This document shows, piece after piece, positions 1-16,415 of a DNA stretch of 64,000 nt. The notes below the pieces were generated by a model. It was not told where the DNA came from. It saw nothing but the letters and a program-made list of their open reading frames with translations, and searched no databases. Made by a program: the position numbers and the translations under genes. Position 1 is the first letter of the stretch, and every line of letters begins with the position of its first letter. Source of the DNA: the human T2T-CHM13v2.0 reference genome, Homo sapiens; assembly GCF_009914755.1 (NCBI RefSeq), contig NC_060942.1; one strand, given 5' to 3'.

Positions 1-559
1 AGAACTGTGTTGCTGGGGGTTATCAGAACAGTAAAGGATATGCAGAAAACTTCAATCCAAAATGAGGGAGTTAGGCTTGTGAGAGGAGGGAGGGAAGGGG
101 GAGGGAAATCATAAGATAAAATCTAACTTGTGGCAGTAAGTTTTATTTTCTTGAAAGTGGGTACAGGAATGTAAAATTTTCTTATGCCCTGAGAAATCCA
201 TTATTGATGTTTGAGACCCCCAGCCAAATGTATTTTAGTCATCTGTAACGTACACCAGTGGGAACATTGCTTCATACATATGTAGATGCTAATTTAAGCC
301 AACACGTATTCCATTTTAATTACTCGAGTACAAACATCTCACATTTTCCCTTTGGTATAAAATGGAAACTTTTATTGGTTGGTCCAGCAACAGGGGCTAC
401 AATATATACAATATGAAGAAAGATTGAGTTGACATTCCATTATGAAACTTTAAGTGTCTACAAGATTACTGTAAAAGTCATCTTAAAAATTATGAGTTAT
501 GAATATGTTAGTTGTTTGGGGAGAACAAATTTTTGGTTTGGTTGTACATTTCCTCTATT

Positions 560-1900
560 TTCTATTTTATTAATTTCCAATAATTTATTTACCTTTCACT
601 CTCTTCAGGTTTACTCTATTGTCTTTTAACTTCTGAGCTGAATTTTTAACTAGTTTATTTTCAACCCCTTTTATTCTTTTTTTTAAAAAATAAATGTATC
701 TATAGGCTCCAAATTTCCTTCTAAGAACCACTTTGGCTCCATCCTATATGTTTTGATATATCAAAATATTTTGATGTAACCAAAATAATTTGTAAATTCT
801 ATTATGAGTCCCTCTTTGATGAGTTATGAGGGATGTATTAAAACATAAACATCTTGATTTTTTTCCAATTATAGTTGACCCTTGAACAATGTGGAGGTTA
901 GGGGGACTGACCCTCCGTGTAGTTGAAAATTCATATGTAATTTTTGACTCCCCCAAAACTTAACTACGAATAGCCTACTCTTGACCAGAATCCTTACCAA
1001 TAACATAAACGATCAATTAATACATATTTTCTTTGTTATGTATATTATATACTATATTCTTACCATAATGTAAGCTAGAGGAAAGAAAATGTTATTAAGA
1101 AAATCATAAGGAAGGTATATTTACTATTCATTAAGTGGAAGTGGATCATCATAAAAGCCTTTGTCCTCATCATCTTCACATTGAGTAGGCTGAGAAGGAG
1201 GAGGAAGAAAGGGGGTTGGTCTTGTTGTCTCGGGGGTGGGAGAGGTAGAAGAAAATCTCAGCATAAGTGGACCCACACAATTCAAATCCATGTTGTTCCA
1301 GGGACAACTGTATTGATTTCTAACTGTTGCTTTGTAGTCAAGAAATGTATTAAGTAGATAATTCTTCAAAATTTACTGGACTTCTTTTGTGACTCATTTG
1401 TGATCAATTTGCATAAATGTTTTATGTATACTTTAAAGTGTATATTTTCTCTTTGTTCACTGCAGGTTTTTATACTCACCCATTGTACAAGCTTATTAAT
1501 TTTACTGTTGAAATGTTCTCCATCCTTCTCACTTGTAAAATTGTGTTTGCTTGACATGTTTGTTTCTGATAGAGATTTGTTAAAATTGCCTACTATGATT
1601 TGGATTTGTCAGTTTCAACTTGTAACTGCCTTGTTTTTTTCATTTTGGTTTGTCATTGGGTTCATAAAAGTTTATGATTGTCATATCTTTTTGATGTCTT
1701 GTTCCTTCTATTCTTTTGTTACCCATCTTTATCTATATTTGCCTTGCATGTTGATATGCTACATCAGCCTTCTTTTGGGTGATGTTTGCCTAATATATAT
1801 TTCCCTTTTTTTTTTTAACATATTTCTGTGCCATTATGTTTTAGGAATGACTCCTAAAACAATGTGTAGCTGGATTTTCAAAAAATACAATCTAGTCTGA
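560..1900 (-). mobile_element. Old, degenerate L1M-type LINE fragment (split by Tigger2a)
   Basis: T-rich sequence with L1-antisense-like motifs (e.g. aaatttccttctaagaaccactttggct ~711-738). Boundaries approximate. Confidence 0.55.
872..1310. mobile_element. Tigger2a (MER28) TcMar DNA transposon, complete
   Basis: Terminal inverted repeats (t/c)agttgacccttgaacaa ... ttgttccagggacaactg; TA target duplication at 870-871 and 1311-1312; ~439 bp; internal sequence matches remembered Tigger2a consensus. Confidence 0.9.
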
Positions 1901-3340
1901 GAAACAGGAGCACTTATTGTGGAAGAATGCCAGGTCTACTTAAGCCATTCCAATTTATCTATTGCCTTAATCTCCTTTGTCTGTTTTTTATAAAATTTCT
2001 TAGTGAGAAATACAAGATGCCTCTGTATAACAGTTTTGAGCAAACAGAAATTTAAGTTTACAGAGTAGCACATCAAGATGCCCAACACAAGCAATAAATC
2101 CAAGACTTAATTTGGTTTCCTTGTGTGCCTGCAGAAATTAGGATAGAAATGATTCTGCAGGTGTACTACAAGAACAATTTAATAAATTCTACTTCGCTTT
2201 CTATTATTTTTCCCTTAGGTTTTCATAGAAAGCAAATCTTGGGAAGGAATTCTGCCATAATCTATGATGTTAAATGTTTCAAACCCTCCCTAAATTGTTA
2301 ACTCTTCAAAGGCAGATGTATCTTGTTCATGTTTGTGTATCTAGTGCATACAATTGAAGCTCAAAGGTTGACTTGAGCTAAATCTTAATTTGGTGGAGGG
2401 AAGAAGGAAAAAAATGGGAATTTACAAAGTAATTTTTTTCTTTATGACAAATTACTGTGAAAGAATGGCAATGGTGCCAGAATTTCCATTGTACTTTATT
2501 ACCAATCTGAGTTATGGCCTCAAAGACTGCTTTTTACAATATGCCCAAGGATACTATTAATTTTTCCAAAATAATAAGTTATAGGAAATTTCAGAATAAA
2601 AATACAAAGTGTCCCTCTGTATAAATCACTACTCTGTAAGCTCTTTGAAGGAAGTACCATGGGTTCACCCTATTCGGTTGTAACAGTGCCTGGCACATAG
2701 AAGGCTTTCAAGAAATGTTGGAATGAACGGATGAGTGTCATGCAAATCTCGATTAACCTTACCTGAGCTGAAAACTTTCAGAATCCATACCATTTCTTTC
2801 CTTATAAATACAGTTGAAACTCTACCATTTCTGCAAAAGATTTTTGACATCCCAAAGAAAGAATTAAACTTTCTCTTCTTAATGTTCCCACTTTGTCCAT
2901 TCTGCTAAGTAGCACTTTTAATTTCACAATGCAGGTATCTGTTTACCAATCTGTTCCTATTCTAGCTTATGGGGGATTGTTTCTTAATAATTTTAAAAAT
3001 CTGTTTTGCAGTTGCAAAGGCTCAACGAATCTTTTTTGAACTGGATTTTCTTAAAGTAAAAATTAAGTGCCAATACTTGTTGAGCGTGTACTATGTTTTA
3101 GACCTTTTGCAAAAAAAGGTAAAGAAGTTTTCCCTTCAGTTCTCATAGTAATCCTATGAAGTATGTATTATTAATCCCTTTTAATGTATTAGAAAACTAA
3201 GGGCAACGAGGTTAAGCTAGTCATCCTAGGCCAAGCCTCCAGTACATGAAGAAGGTGGGACTAACTTTGTGTTCTTTTCACCTAACCATGCAATGCCCTC
3301 CACCCCTGCTTCCTTTCTTCCCAAAACCAAACAAACCTTC

Positions 3341-3632
3341 TTTTTTTTTTTTTTTGAAATGGAATCTCTCTCTGTCACCCAGGCTGGAGGGCAGTGGAAT
3401 GATCTCGGCTCTCCATAACCTCAGCCTCCCAGGTTCAAGCGATTCTCCTGCCTAAGCCTCCCAAGTAGCTGGGATTACAGGCTCGCCACTATGCCCAGCT
3501 AATTTTTGTATTTTCAGCAGAGACGGTTTTGCCTTGTTGGCCAGGCTGGTCTTGAACTCCTGACCTCAGGCGATCCATTGGCCTTGGCCTCCCAAAGTGC
3601 TGGGATTACAGGCATGAGCAACGTGCCCAGCC
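3341..3632 (-). mobile_element. Alu (AluS-like)
   Basis: Poly-T followed by reverse-complement Alu dimer; degenerate TSD ccaaac..a.cttct. Confidence 0.95.
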
Positions 3633-4029
3633 CCAAACTAAGCTTCTAAGGACATCTGTACATATTTCACTTCCTCCATCAACAGCCTCTCAAAGCACAT
3701 CATGGAGAAAATATATAACGTATTTGTCACTGAAGACTTTTTTAGGATCACACCATTTACCTCCAAATGTACGACATTGTTTTTAGTTGAGACAGGTTTA
3801 ACCCTAGGAATGAGTATTCCTTCTAGACTCTAACACCTAGAAATCAGGGATGCCTGTTTATACTAAATGATCATCAAATCAGTTGTCCAGGGCATTCCTG
3901 TTATGGTACTTGGGCTGCAAATCAATATTCTAGATGCTTATAATGTATGAAAGAATTTAAGGCAAATTCAACGCTGATAATGAACATTAATGTACATGAT
4001 GATGATGATGATATTATTCATAAATTTGG

Positions 4030-4200
4030 CTTTGCAGTCATACATATCTGCACTTAAATGTTTGTTCTAATTCCTTGCTAGCTGAATACTTTAGACAGGC
4101 TACTTAATCTCCCCAGGCTACAGATTCCTTACCTGTAAAACAGGGATGAAGGTATAGTCCTTGTGGATTAAATAAGATAATGCCTATCCTATAACTGGTA
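4030..4200 (+). mobile_element. MIR fragment
   Basis: MIR-core-like tacttaatctccccaggctacagattccttacctgtaaaacagggatga and ggattaaataagataatg. Confidence 0.65.
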
Positions 4201-5051
4201 GTCATTATTGTTAATTATTACCCATAGAAATGCATGTTCTCCAAAAACTGTGAGTAAGTTAGGTTTGTCTACATGGCTTAAATGTCTCTAGCTAATACCT
4301 CTTTATTTAATACCGCTTATTTGTCTTGTGGCTACTTCCAAACTGATACAGAGACAAATGGGTGGAGAAGCTCCCCAGGCACAGGTTAATGCCCCAGAGA
4401 GAGATTAAAGCAAACATGAATGCCATTTCCTTCTATTCCTGTGCAGAAATTTATGGGAGCATTAGAAAAGGATGTGACATAAATTTTATACAGATATTGT
4501 ACATTAAATATACATACCATTACACCCTGTCTAGAATTACAACAACATCAATTATGATCATTACCTGTCAGTCACTACTCTATAAGCCAAACTGCACTTG
4601 TAATGAAGTCTAAACATGGTGTTTTCTCTATAAACAACCTCAGATGTCCTGTAGTGATCTATTAGAGGTTTTCTATATCCTTTCCCTGCTCCCTTCTGAT
4701 CCTTTTAGGCTCTTATGAGCAAACCGTTGACCATGACTAAAAGCAGCTAAGTGCTTTCTTTCTTGGTGCTTAGCAGTTTCTCTGGAAGTCAGAAGACAAT
4801 AATGTAGCCCTTAATACAGACTCAGACCAAATTTAGTGAGTGAAGGAAAGTACATGATACAAAGTTAAGGAAACATGGCCTTTAAGAAGACTAATGAAGA
4901 CAAATATTTGCAAGGCAAACTTTAAGTCACATGGCTGTAAGTGTTTTTCCTTACAAATTTCCTTTACAAATTACTTCTGAACCTCCAGTTCTGTAGGAAA
5001 AAGTACGGAAAGAAATGAAATAAGCTAGTTGCCTAAATGACAGAAAGAGAA

Positions 5052-5334
5052 TTTGTTTTTGAGACAGCGTCTTGCTCTGTCACCTAGCCTGGAGTGCAGT
5101 GGTACAAACATGACTCACTGCAGCCTTGACCTCCTATGCTCAGGTGATCTTCCCACCTCAACCTCCTATGTAGCTGGGACCACAGGCACATGCCACAATG
5201 CCCAGCTAATTAAAAAAAAAATAGAGATAGGGTCTCACTTTGTTGCCCAGGCTAGTCTTGAACTCCTGGGCTCAAGTCATACTCCCACCTTGGCCTTCCA
5301 AAGTGCTGGAATTATAGGCATGGACATCACAGCC
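5052..5334 (-). mobile_element. Alu (AluJ-like)
   Basis: Reverse-complement Alu with J-type motifs (actcactgcagccttgacctcc, ctcctgggctcaag). Confidence 0.93.
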
Positions 5335-6199
5335 AAGAACATTTTAAGTTATATATACTAGATATCATCTTATAAGATGATAGAAAAGTTCTCTAAGTCC
5401 TGGAATGAAAATATGAGTACATTCTGAATTATCCCCCTCTCTGTTCACTACTGAAGAACAATCCTTTCAGTAGAGAGGACCCTTGCATTTTGTGGGTTTC
5501 CCATTAAACAGATGCTGCCTGGGCACTTACCTTGCTTTTTCTCTTGATGATCATTCACTTTGACTTCATAGTCACTGTTGAAGATTGGGGTAAGTTCTAA
5601 AGAGATGCATTAGATCTCTCTCTGGAGCACAGTCAACTGTTTTTCCTCCTGCCACCTAGAAAACTTGTACTGCTCATTCTACCTATAGTTTCACTTTGGG
5701 GCATGGAATTATACAACTAGGAAATGTAAGATGTTGCATCAATGTTAATATTTTTGAAGCAAACATTATGTAGCTGATTTGTTTTATCAATAATATCTAT
5801 TAGGAAAAGGAAAAGTGTAGTAAGTCCTCAATTGATGAATTAGTATTACTCTTCAAAATATTTGAAAATTGCTTGATTAGAAATTGCATTTCTAAAGCAA
5901 GAAACAATATGTGGTTAAGGCCTGTGGCTCACAATATATCCAATGAATACATAACCTACTTATCTTAGGGATCACTGGATTCTGAATACAAATTATGGCA
6001 AATTCAGTCTAATAACTCCTGTATTTGTTTTTGCCTATACCTGCTCAGACAGGATATTTAGTTTCTCAAAAATTATATCTGAAAGTCCTCAGGGGATTCT
6101 TTAAATGTTCTCATGAGACATTGTTATTGCTATTCCTATTTTGTTGATGCATATCATAGGATAAATCAAATAAGTATGCCGGCTTATTTTAATTACTTG

Positions 6200-7885
<1,686 letters not shown>

Positions 7886-8101
7886 TTGTACCTCTAAGTC
7901 ATTCTATTAGGACAATGGTCATAAGACATCCACATGTTCTTCTTTTGTTTAGTCTTTTCCTCAACAAAAGTCCTTTCCTCCCAGTGCATTTTGACAGAGG
8001 CCTCTCTATTGCTATTGAAATAATTATTAATAATGATAATGTTAAAAGTGCCTATCATAAAGAGAATGTCATTGGTCCAAGTCTAGGATGCTGAATCTTG
8101 A

Positions 8102-8503
<402 letters not shown>

Positions 8504-9854
8504 TATTATGACTATTTTAATATATTTTTATAATGTTTTAAAATCGTACCTGGTTTTCTATTAGATAGGTGAGGCTAAAACTTACAAAAATACTTTACTA
8601 AAAGAGCAAAGAGGAGAATATATATGAGACGTACAGAAAAAATTATAGCCATGTTCTGTAAATTCAAAGGCAGCAGATGATCTATTTCATTAATTTTTTC
8701 ATGAGTTGTTTCTCCTAGAGAACTTTAGGCTCCAACTCCAGCCTACACAGGTACTCTCTGTGTCTGCTATATCGCTGTTGTTCTGGGACTTCGCTTTATT
8801 GCTTTCTAGTGTTGGAATCCCCTCTCTTTTGAATCTCATGTTTTATCTCTTGGAGTAGTTCTCCCCATCCCCATTTAAAAATGGGTATCTTCTGTCCATC
8901 CCTTCTCAAGGAACAATGCACCTGAAATAAATTGGATTATTTTCATGTCTGAAAATGCCTGTTAGACCTTCTCAATTGATTTTCAATACATTGCTCCAAT
9001 GTCTTCTAGCTTTCAACAATACTATATTAATTTCAGAAACTTTTGACATTTTACATTATGAAAGCATTTACTCATCATTAACAATGTTTTGAAATTTTGA
9101 GGTGATGTTCCTTGGTAACAATTTTTCTCCATGATCATTAAGCTAAAATGGGGGTCCCTTTTAGTCTAGTGATTCAATATTTTCAGTGTTGAGACACTGT
9201 CTCATACTATTTCTTTGATAATTTCCTTCAGTATTTTTTTTTCTTGAGGAATTATCAGTGATATCTTGCATTCTCTGGATTTCCTTTTTAAATTTTCTTA
9301 CCTTTTCTCTTGCCCATATGTCTTTTAGTTCTACTTTCTTGGATAGTTCCTTGGTATTACCTTAAAAATCTTCCACTGAATATTAAAGTTAGACTCAAAA
9401 TTTTGAACTTTTAAAAAATTATTGTGGCTTCTTAGAGCTATTTATTTATTATTTCCTGAATATAATTTTCCCTCTTAATCCTCTTAGGAAATTGATAATA
9501 TTTAGACTTTTTTTTCTGCTCCCTGTTTTATTCTTTCATTCGTTTTTATTCTGTTTGATTGTTTCAGCCATCATTCACTTAGTAAGCTTTCATGATTGTA
9601 CTTTCATGTTTGAGATCAAAGCATTAAAAATGATTTGATATTCTCTCTACATGGACAAGGCTTTTATATGTATGAGTTTGCAGTAGGGTAGTTGGGCAGT
9701 AAGCTGACATTTTTTTACTGGGAGATTTCCAGAGTCCTTATCTGTATATCATTCCTCTGGAGGTATTCAGTTCTACAGAGAAGAATGTTATTATAGGCTG
9801 AGAAATGGCTTGGGTTAAGGTCCTGTCATTCATCCTGCAAATTTCTATTTGATC

Positions 9855-10369
9855 TGTGTTTGATATTTTCCACTTGTCTCTCTGAATGCACCTTCTACCT
9901 TTCTTTCTCCTGCTATCTGCCCCTGGAATCCATTTTTATTACTCGAAGAGTGTATTTATTAGACCAATGCACTCTTTTCTCCCTTACTAACTGTGATTGG
10001 GTTGAACCAATGGGAAACCACAATGGGAGATCAAAAGGAGGGAAGAGAGGATTTATCTCCCCAACTCCCCTGCATCAGGGTCCTCTTGGGCTGGTTGTGT
10101 AAGTTAACTGAAGGTCACTACTCCCCTCAAGACAGCCCCGCTAGATGACTCTTTCTGCGTCCCAGGAACTAGTGTCTCCTCTCTTCCCTTTGGGCCCAGA
10201 GGTTATATCTGTTGGGCCTAGAGATTGCATTGGTTCTGTGGTTACCATCCCTTGCAGTTTTCTTTTATCTCATCCACACTTTCGTGGATAGTTCCCTTAT
10301 GAATTTTTTCTAGAGTTATCCCGATTTCTTTTTTGCCATCTGTTTCCTGCTTCGACTTTGACCAATACC
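9855..10369 (+). mobile_element. LTR33-like ERVL-class 5' LTR
   Basis: Starts tgtgtttgatattttccacttg; has ccaatgggaaaccacaatgggagatc and the 3' end tttgccatctgtttcctgc...gaccaatac, as in the remembered LTR33 consensus; directly followed by ERVL-internal-like sequence. Confidence 0.7.
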
Positions 10370-11426
10370 GTGATTGGCTCCATAATTGACCCAAAAAAAC
10401 AGACCCTTAAAATAGAATTCTGGGATTGGTTTCTCATATATCTGAGGAGTGCAGGAATAAACACTTTTCCAGGGAGAAATGCAATGTCGGTAATCAATAG
10501 CATTATGGTGGTGTCATTATGATATTCATAAGATCACAGGTGGTAGCAGAGGATGGAGAGCCATAGAAGACAAGGGCTGTAGGAGAGCAAATGATGTGGC
10601 CCATAGTTGCTGTGGCAACAATAGGGATTATACAATATTGTGGAGTCACTTGGCTTTAATGACCCTAGAGGGCATACATAAAGAAAAAGAGAAGTTAAAA
10701 GCTTTATAAATTTCAATTAAGAATATATGTGGAAAGCCAGAAATCCACCATGGCATCTTTAAAGCAGTCTCTCTTTTCTATAGTTTCATGGCAGATCAGG
10801 TTGAGAACCAAGCCTAGGGTAAGGGCAATATTAGATAAGAAATGCAACCCCCAAACAAAGAATACGGTCACTTTAGCATCATGGCTGCCTCTGAGAACTT
10901 TGATCCTCAAGCTCTCCTTGAAACTCATAAATTGATGCCAATTCTTCTCAGTGTTTTCTCATTTCTTCTAAGCCCACAGTGGGAGTTAGTTCCCAACAGA
11001 ACATGGAGGGAGAGGTAAAATGCCTGTTGAAGGAATATATCTTGAAAGAGTTACAAAAGCTTTCTAATCAGCAAAAGCCTGGGAACGTATATGGAAGTGC
11101 TAGAGCAAGAGTGATGAATCAATTTATTCAAGGTTTTGACTAGTATGTCCTGAGCACCTGGGAGTGGCATTAATCATTGGCTTTATGTATGTGTACATAA
11201 AAAAATAAATGAATGAATAAATATTCATATTCTTATTTAAATTTTTCTATAAGTTATTGGGGTACAGGTGGTATTTGGTTACATGAGTAGGTTCTTTAGT
11301 GGTGATCTGTGAGATTTTAGTACACCCATCACCTGAGCAGTATACACTGCACCCTATTTGTAATCTTTTATCCCTCTTCCCCCTCCCAATTTCCCCCAAG
11401 TTCCCAAAGTCCATTGTATCATTCTT

Positions 11427-11491
11427 TTTTAAATTTATTTATTATACTTTATGCTCTGGGATACAGGTGCAGAATGTGCAGCTTTGTTACA
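11427..11491 (-). mobile_element. 65-bp 5'-truncated L1PA (L1PA7/8-like) tail nested in the L1PB 3' UTR
   Basis: ttattatactttatgctctgggatacaggtgcagaatgtgcagctttgttaca resembles the L1PA terminal sequence; 14-bp TSD attgtatcattctt at 11413-11426 and 11492-11505. Confidence 0.85.
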
Positions 11492-14400
11492 ATTGTATCA
11501 TTCTTATGCCTTTGCGTTGTTATAGCTTAGTTCTCACATATCAGTGAGAACATAAGATGTTTGGTTTTTCCATTCCTGAGTTACTTCACTTAGAATAATA
11601 GCCTCCAATCTCATCCAAGTCACCGCGAATGCCGTTAATTCATTCCTTTTCATGGTTGAGTAGTATTCTATCATATATAGATATGATATATCTATATATG
11701 TGATATATAGATATATAGATCTATATATCTCACAGTTTCTTTATCCACTCGTTGATTGATGGGCATTTGGGTTGGTTCCACGATTTTGCAATTGCGAATT
11801 GTGCTGCTATAAACATGCGTGTGCAAATATCTTTTACGAATAATGACTTTTCCTCTGGATAGATACCCAGTGGTGGGATTGCTGGATCAAATGGTAGTTC
11901 TACTTTCAGTTCTTTACGGAATCTCCACACTGTTTTTCATAGTGGCTGTACTAGTTTACATTCCCAATAGCAGTGTAGAAGTGTTCCCTGTTCACCGCAT
12001 TCACGCCAACATCTATATATTTTTTTATTTTTTTGACTATGGCCATTCTTGCAGGAGTAAGGTGGTATGGCATTGTGGTTTTGATTTGCATTTCCCTGAT
12101 CATTAGTGACATTCAGCATTTTTTCATATGTTTGTTGGCCATTTGTATATATTCTTTTGAGAATTGTCTATTCATGTCCTTAGCCCACTTTTTGATGAGA
12201 TTGTTTGTTTTTTTCCTGCTGATTTGTTTGAGTTCGTTGTAGATTCTGAATATTAGTCCTTTGTCAGATGTATAGATTATGAAGATTTTCTCCCACTCTA
12301 TGGGTTGTCTGTTTACTCTGCTGACTGTTCCTTATGCTGTGCAAAAGCTCTTTAGTTTGTTTAATTATGTCCCAACTATTTATCTTTGTTTTTATTGCAT
12401 TTGCTCTGGGTTATTGGTGATGAAATCCTTGCCTATGCCAATGTCTAGAAGGGTTTTTCCAATGTTATCTTCTAGAATTTTTATAGTTTCAGGTCATAGA
12501 TTTAAGTCCTTAATCCATCTTGAGTTGATTTTTGTATAAGGTGAGAGATGAGGATCCAGTTTCACTCTCCTACATGTGGCTAGCCAATTATCCCAGGACC
12601 ATTTGTTGAAAGGTGTCCTTTCCCCACTCTATGTTTGCTTTATTAAAGATCAGTTGGCTGTAAGTATTTGGGTTTATTTCTGGGTTCTCTATGCTGTTCC
12701 ATTGGTCTATGTGCCTATTTTTGTACCAGTACCATGCTGTTTTTGTGACTGTGGGCTTATCATATAGTTTGAAATCAGGTAGTGTGATGCTTCCAGATTT
12801 GTTCTTTTTGCTTAGTCTTGCTTTGGCTATGTGGGCTCTTTTTTGGTTCCACATGAATTTTAGAATTGTTTTTTCTAATTCTGTGAAGAATGATGGTTGT
12901 ATTTTGATAGGGATTGCATTGAATTTGTAGATTGCTTTTGGCAGGATGGTCATTTTGACAATATTGATTCTACCCACCCATGAGCATGGGATGTGTTTCT
13001 ATTTGTTTGTGTCATCTATGATTCGTTTCAGCAGTGATTTGTAGTTTTCCTTGTAGAGGTCTTTTGCTTCCTTGGTTAGGTATATTTCTAAGTATTTTAT
13101 TTTTTTTTTGCAGCTATTGTTAAAGAGATTGAGTTCTTGATTTCATTCGCCACTTGGTCACTGTTGGTGTATAGAAGAGCTACTGATTTTTGTACATTAA
13201 TCTTGTGTCTGGAAACTTTGCTGAATTATTTTACTAGTTCCAGGAGCCTTCTGGAGAAGTCTTTAGCGTTTTCAAGGTAAATGATCATATCATCAGCAAT
13301 CAGTGACAGTTTGATTTCCTCTTTACCGATTTGGATGCCTTTTATTTTTTTCTCTTGTCTGATTGCTCTGGCTAGGACTTCCAGTACTATGTTGAAGAGG
13401 AGTGATGAGAGTGGGCATCTTTGTCTTGTTCCCATTCTCACAGGGAATGCTTTCAATTTTTCCCCATTCAGTATTATGTTGGCTGTGAGTTTGTCATATA
13501 TGGCTTTTATTACACTGAGGTATGTCCCTTCTATGCCAATTTTGCTGAGAGTTTTAATCATAAAGCAATGCTGGATTTTGTTGAATGCTTTTTCTGTATC
13601 TATTGAGATGATCATGATTTTTGTTTTTAATTCTGTTTATGTGGTATATCACATTTATTGACTTGTGTATGTTAAACCATCCCCACATCCCTGGTATGAA
13701 ACCCACTTGATCATGGTGGATTATCTTTTTGATGTGTTGTCTGATTTGTTAGTTAGTATTTTGTTAAGGATTTTGGCATCCATGTTCATCAGGGATACCA
13801 GTCTGTAGTTTTCTTTTTTGGTTACGTCCTTTCCTGGTTTTGGTATTAGGGTGATGATGGCTTCATAGAATGAATTAGGGAGGATTCTCTCTTTATCTTG
13901 TGGAATAGTGTCAATAGCATTGGTACCAGTTCTTTGAATGTCTGGTAGAATTCTGCCGTGAATCTCTCTGGTCCTGGACATTTTTGTGTTGGTAATTTTA
14001 AAATTACTATTTCAATATTGCTGCTTGTTATTAGTCTGTTTAGGGTATCTAATTCTTCCTGATTTAAGCTAGGAGGTTTGTATTTTTCCAGGAATTTATC
14101 CATCTCTTCTAGGTTTTCAAGTTTAGGTGCATAAAGGTGTTCATAATAGCCTTGAATGATCTTTTGTATTTCTGTGGTGTCAATTGTATTATTTCCTCTT
14201 TCGTTTCTTATTGAGGTTATTTGGATTTTCTCTTTTCTTTTCTTGGTTAATCTTGCTAATGGTCGATCAATTTTATTTATCTTTTCAAAGAACCAGCTTT
14301 TTGTTTCATTTATCTTTTGTATTTTTGTTTGTTTGTTTGTTTCAGTTTCATTTAGTTCTGTTCTGATCTTGGTTATTTCCTTTCTTCTGATGGGTTTGGG

Positions 14401-14580
14401 TTTGGTTTGTCCTTGTTTCTCTAATACCTTGAGGTGTGACCTTAGAATGTCAGTTTGTGCTCTTTCAGTCTTTTTATGCAGGCATTTAGGGCTATAAACT
14501 TTCCTCTTAGCACCGCCTTTGCTGTATCCCAGAAGTTTTGATAGGTAGCGTCACTACTGTCATTCAATTTGAAGAATTTT

Positions 14581-14880
14581 TTTTTTTTTTTTTTGAGACG
14601 GATTTTCGCTCTTGTCACCCAGGCTGGAGTGCAATGGGTGCGATCTCAGCTCACTGCAACCTCCGCCTCCTGGTTTCAAGCAATTCTCCTGCCTCACACT
14701 CTTGAGTAAGTGGGATTATAGGCACCTGCAACCACGCCCAGCTAATTTTTATATTTTTTAGTAGACATGGGGTTTCACCATGTTGGCCAGGCTGGTCCCT
14801 AACTCCTGACCTCAAGTGATCCACCTTCCTTGGCCTCCCAAAGGGCTGGGATTACAGACATGAGCCACTGTGCCCAGCCC
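14581..14880 (-). mobile_element. Alu (AluS) inserted in L1 ORF2
   Basis: Reverse-complement dimer; TSD aagaatttt on both sides. Confidence 0.95.
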
Positions 14881-16121
14881 AAAGAATTTTAATTTCCATC
14901 TTCATTTTGTTTCTGACTCAGGGATCATGCAGGAGCAAGTTATTTAATTTCCATGTATTTGCATGGTTTTGAAGGTTCCTTTTGGAGTTGATTTCCAGTT
15001 TTATTCCACTGTGGTCTGAGAAAGTGCTTGATATAATTTCAATTTTCTTAAATTTATTGAGGCTTATTTTATGGCCTATCATATGGTCTATCTTGGAGAA
15101 AGTTCCATGCGCTGTTGAATAGAATGTGTTTTCTGCGGTTGTTGGATGGAATGTTCTGTATATATCTGTTAAGTCCATTTGTTCTAAGGTATAGCTTAAA
15201 TCCATTGTTTCTTGCTGACTTTCTGTCTTGATAACCTGTCCAGTGCTGCCAGTGGAGTATTGAAGTCCCCACTATTATTGTGTTGCTGTCTATCTCATTT
15301 CTTAGGTCTATTAATAATTGTTTTATAAATTTGGGAGCTGCAGTGTTAGGTGCATATATGTTTAGGATTGTGATATTTTCCCGTTGGACAAAGCCTTTTA
15401 CCATTATATAATGTCTCTCTTTGTCTTTTTTACCTGCTGTTGCTTTAAAGTTTTTTTGTTTGATATAGGAATAGCTACCCCTCCTCACTTTTGGTGTCCA
15501 TTTGCATGAAATGCCTTTTTCCATCCCTTTACTTTATGTGAGTCCTCATGTGTTAGATGAGTCTTCAAGGCAGAAGATAGTTAGTTGGTGAATTCTTATG
15601 CATTCTGCAGTTCTATATCTTTTAAGTGGAGCATTTAGGCCATTTACATTCAATGTTAGTATTGAGATGTGAGGGTCCATTCCATTCATTGTGCTATTTG
15701 TTGCCTGTATACCTTGGTTTTTGTTTTGTTTTGTTTTTTAAATTGTATTTTTGTTTTATACGTCCTGTGAGATTTATGCTTTAAAGAGGTTCTGTTTTGA
15801 TGTGTTTCCTGGATTTGTTTCAAGATTTAGAGCTCCTTTTAGCAGTTCGTATAGTGGTGGCTTGGTAGTGGCAAATACTCTCAGCATTTGTTTGTCTGAA
15901 AAAGAATGTATCTTTCCTTCGTATATGATGCTTAGTTTCACTAGATACAAACTCTTGGCTGATAATTGTTTTGTTTGAGGAGGCTGAAGATAGGACCCCA
16001 ATCCCTTCTAGCTTATAGGGTTTCTGCTAAGAAATCTGCTGTTAATCCGATAGTTTCCCCCACCCCTCTTTATAGGTTACCTGGTGCTTTTGTCTCACAG
16101 CTCTTAAGATTCTTTTCTTCA

Positions 16122-16415
<294 letters not shown>

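Noticed and set aside
1400-1900. 166-aa ORF, the longest in the track
   Set aside because: Leu/Phe/Cys-rich translation of T-rich antisense old L1 sequence; non-ATG start; no recognisable domain.
11668-11730. Palindromic TA-rich tract
   Set aside because: Low-complexity (TA)n expansion in the L1 3' region; self-complementarity is expected.
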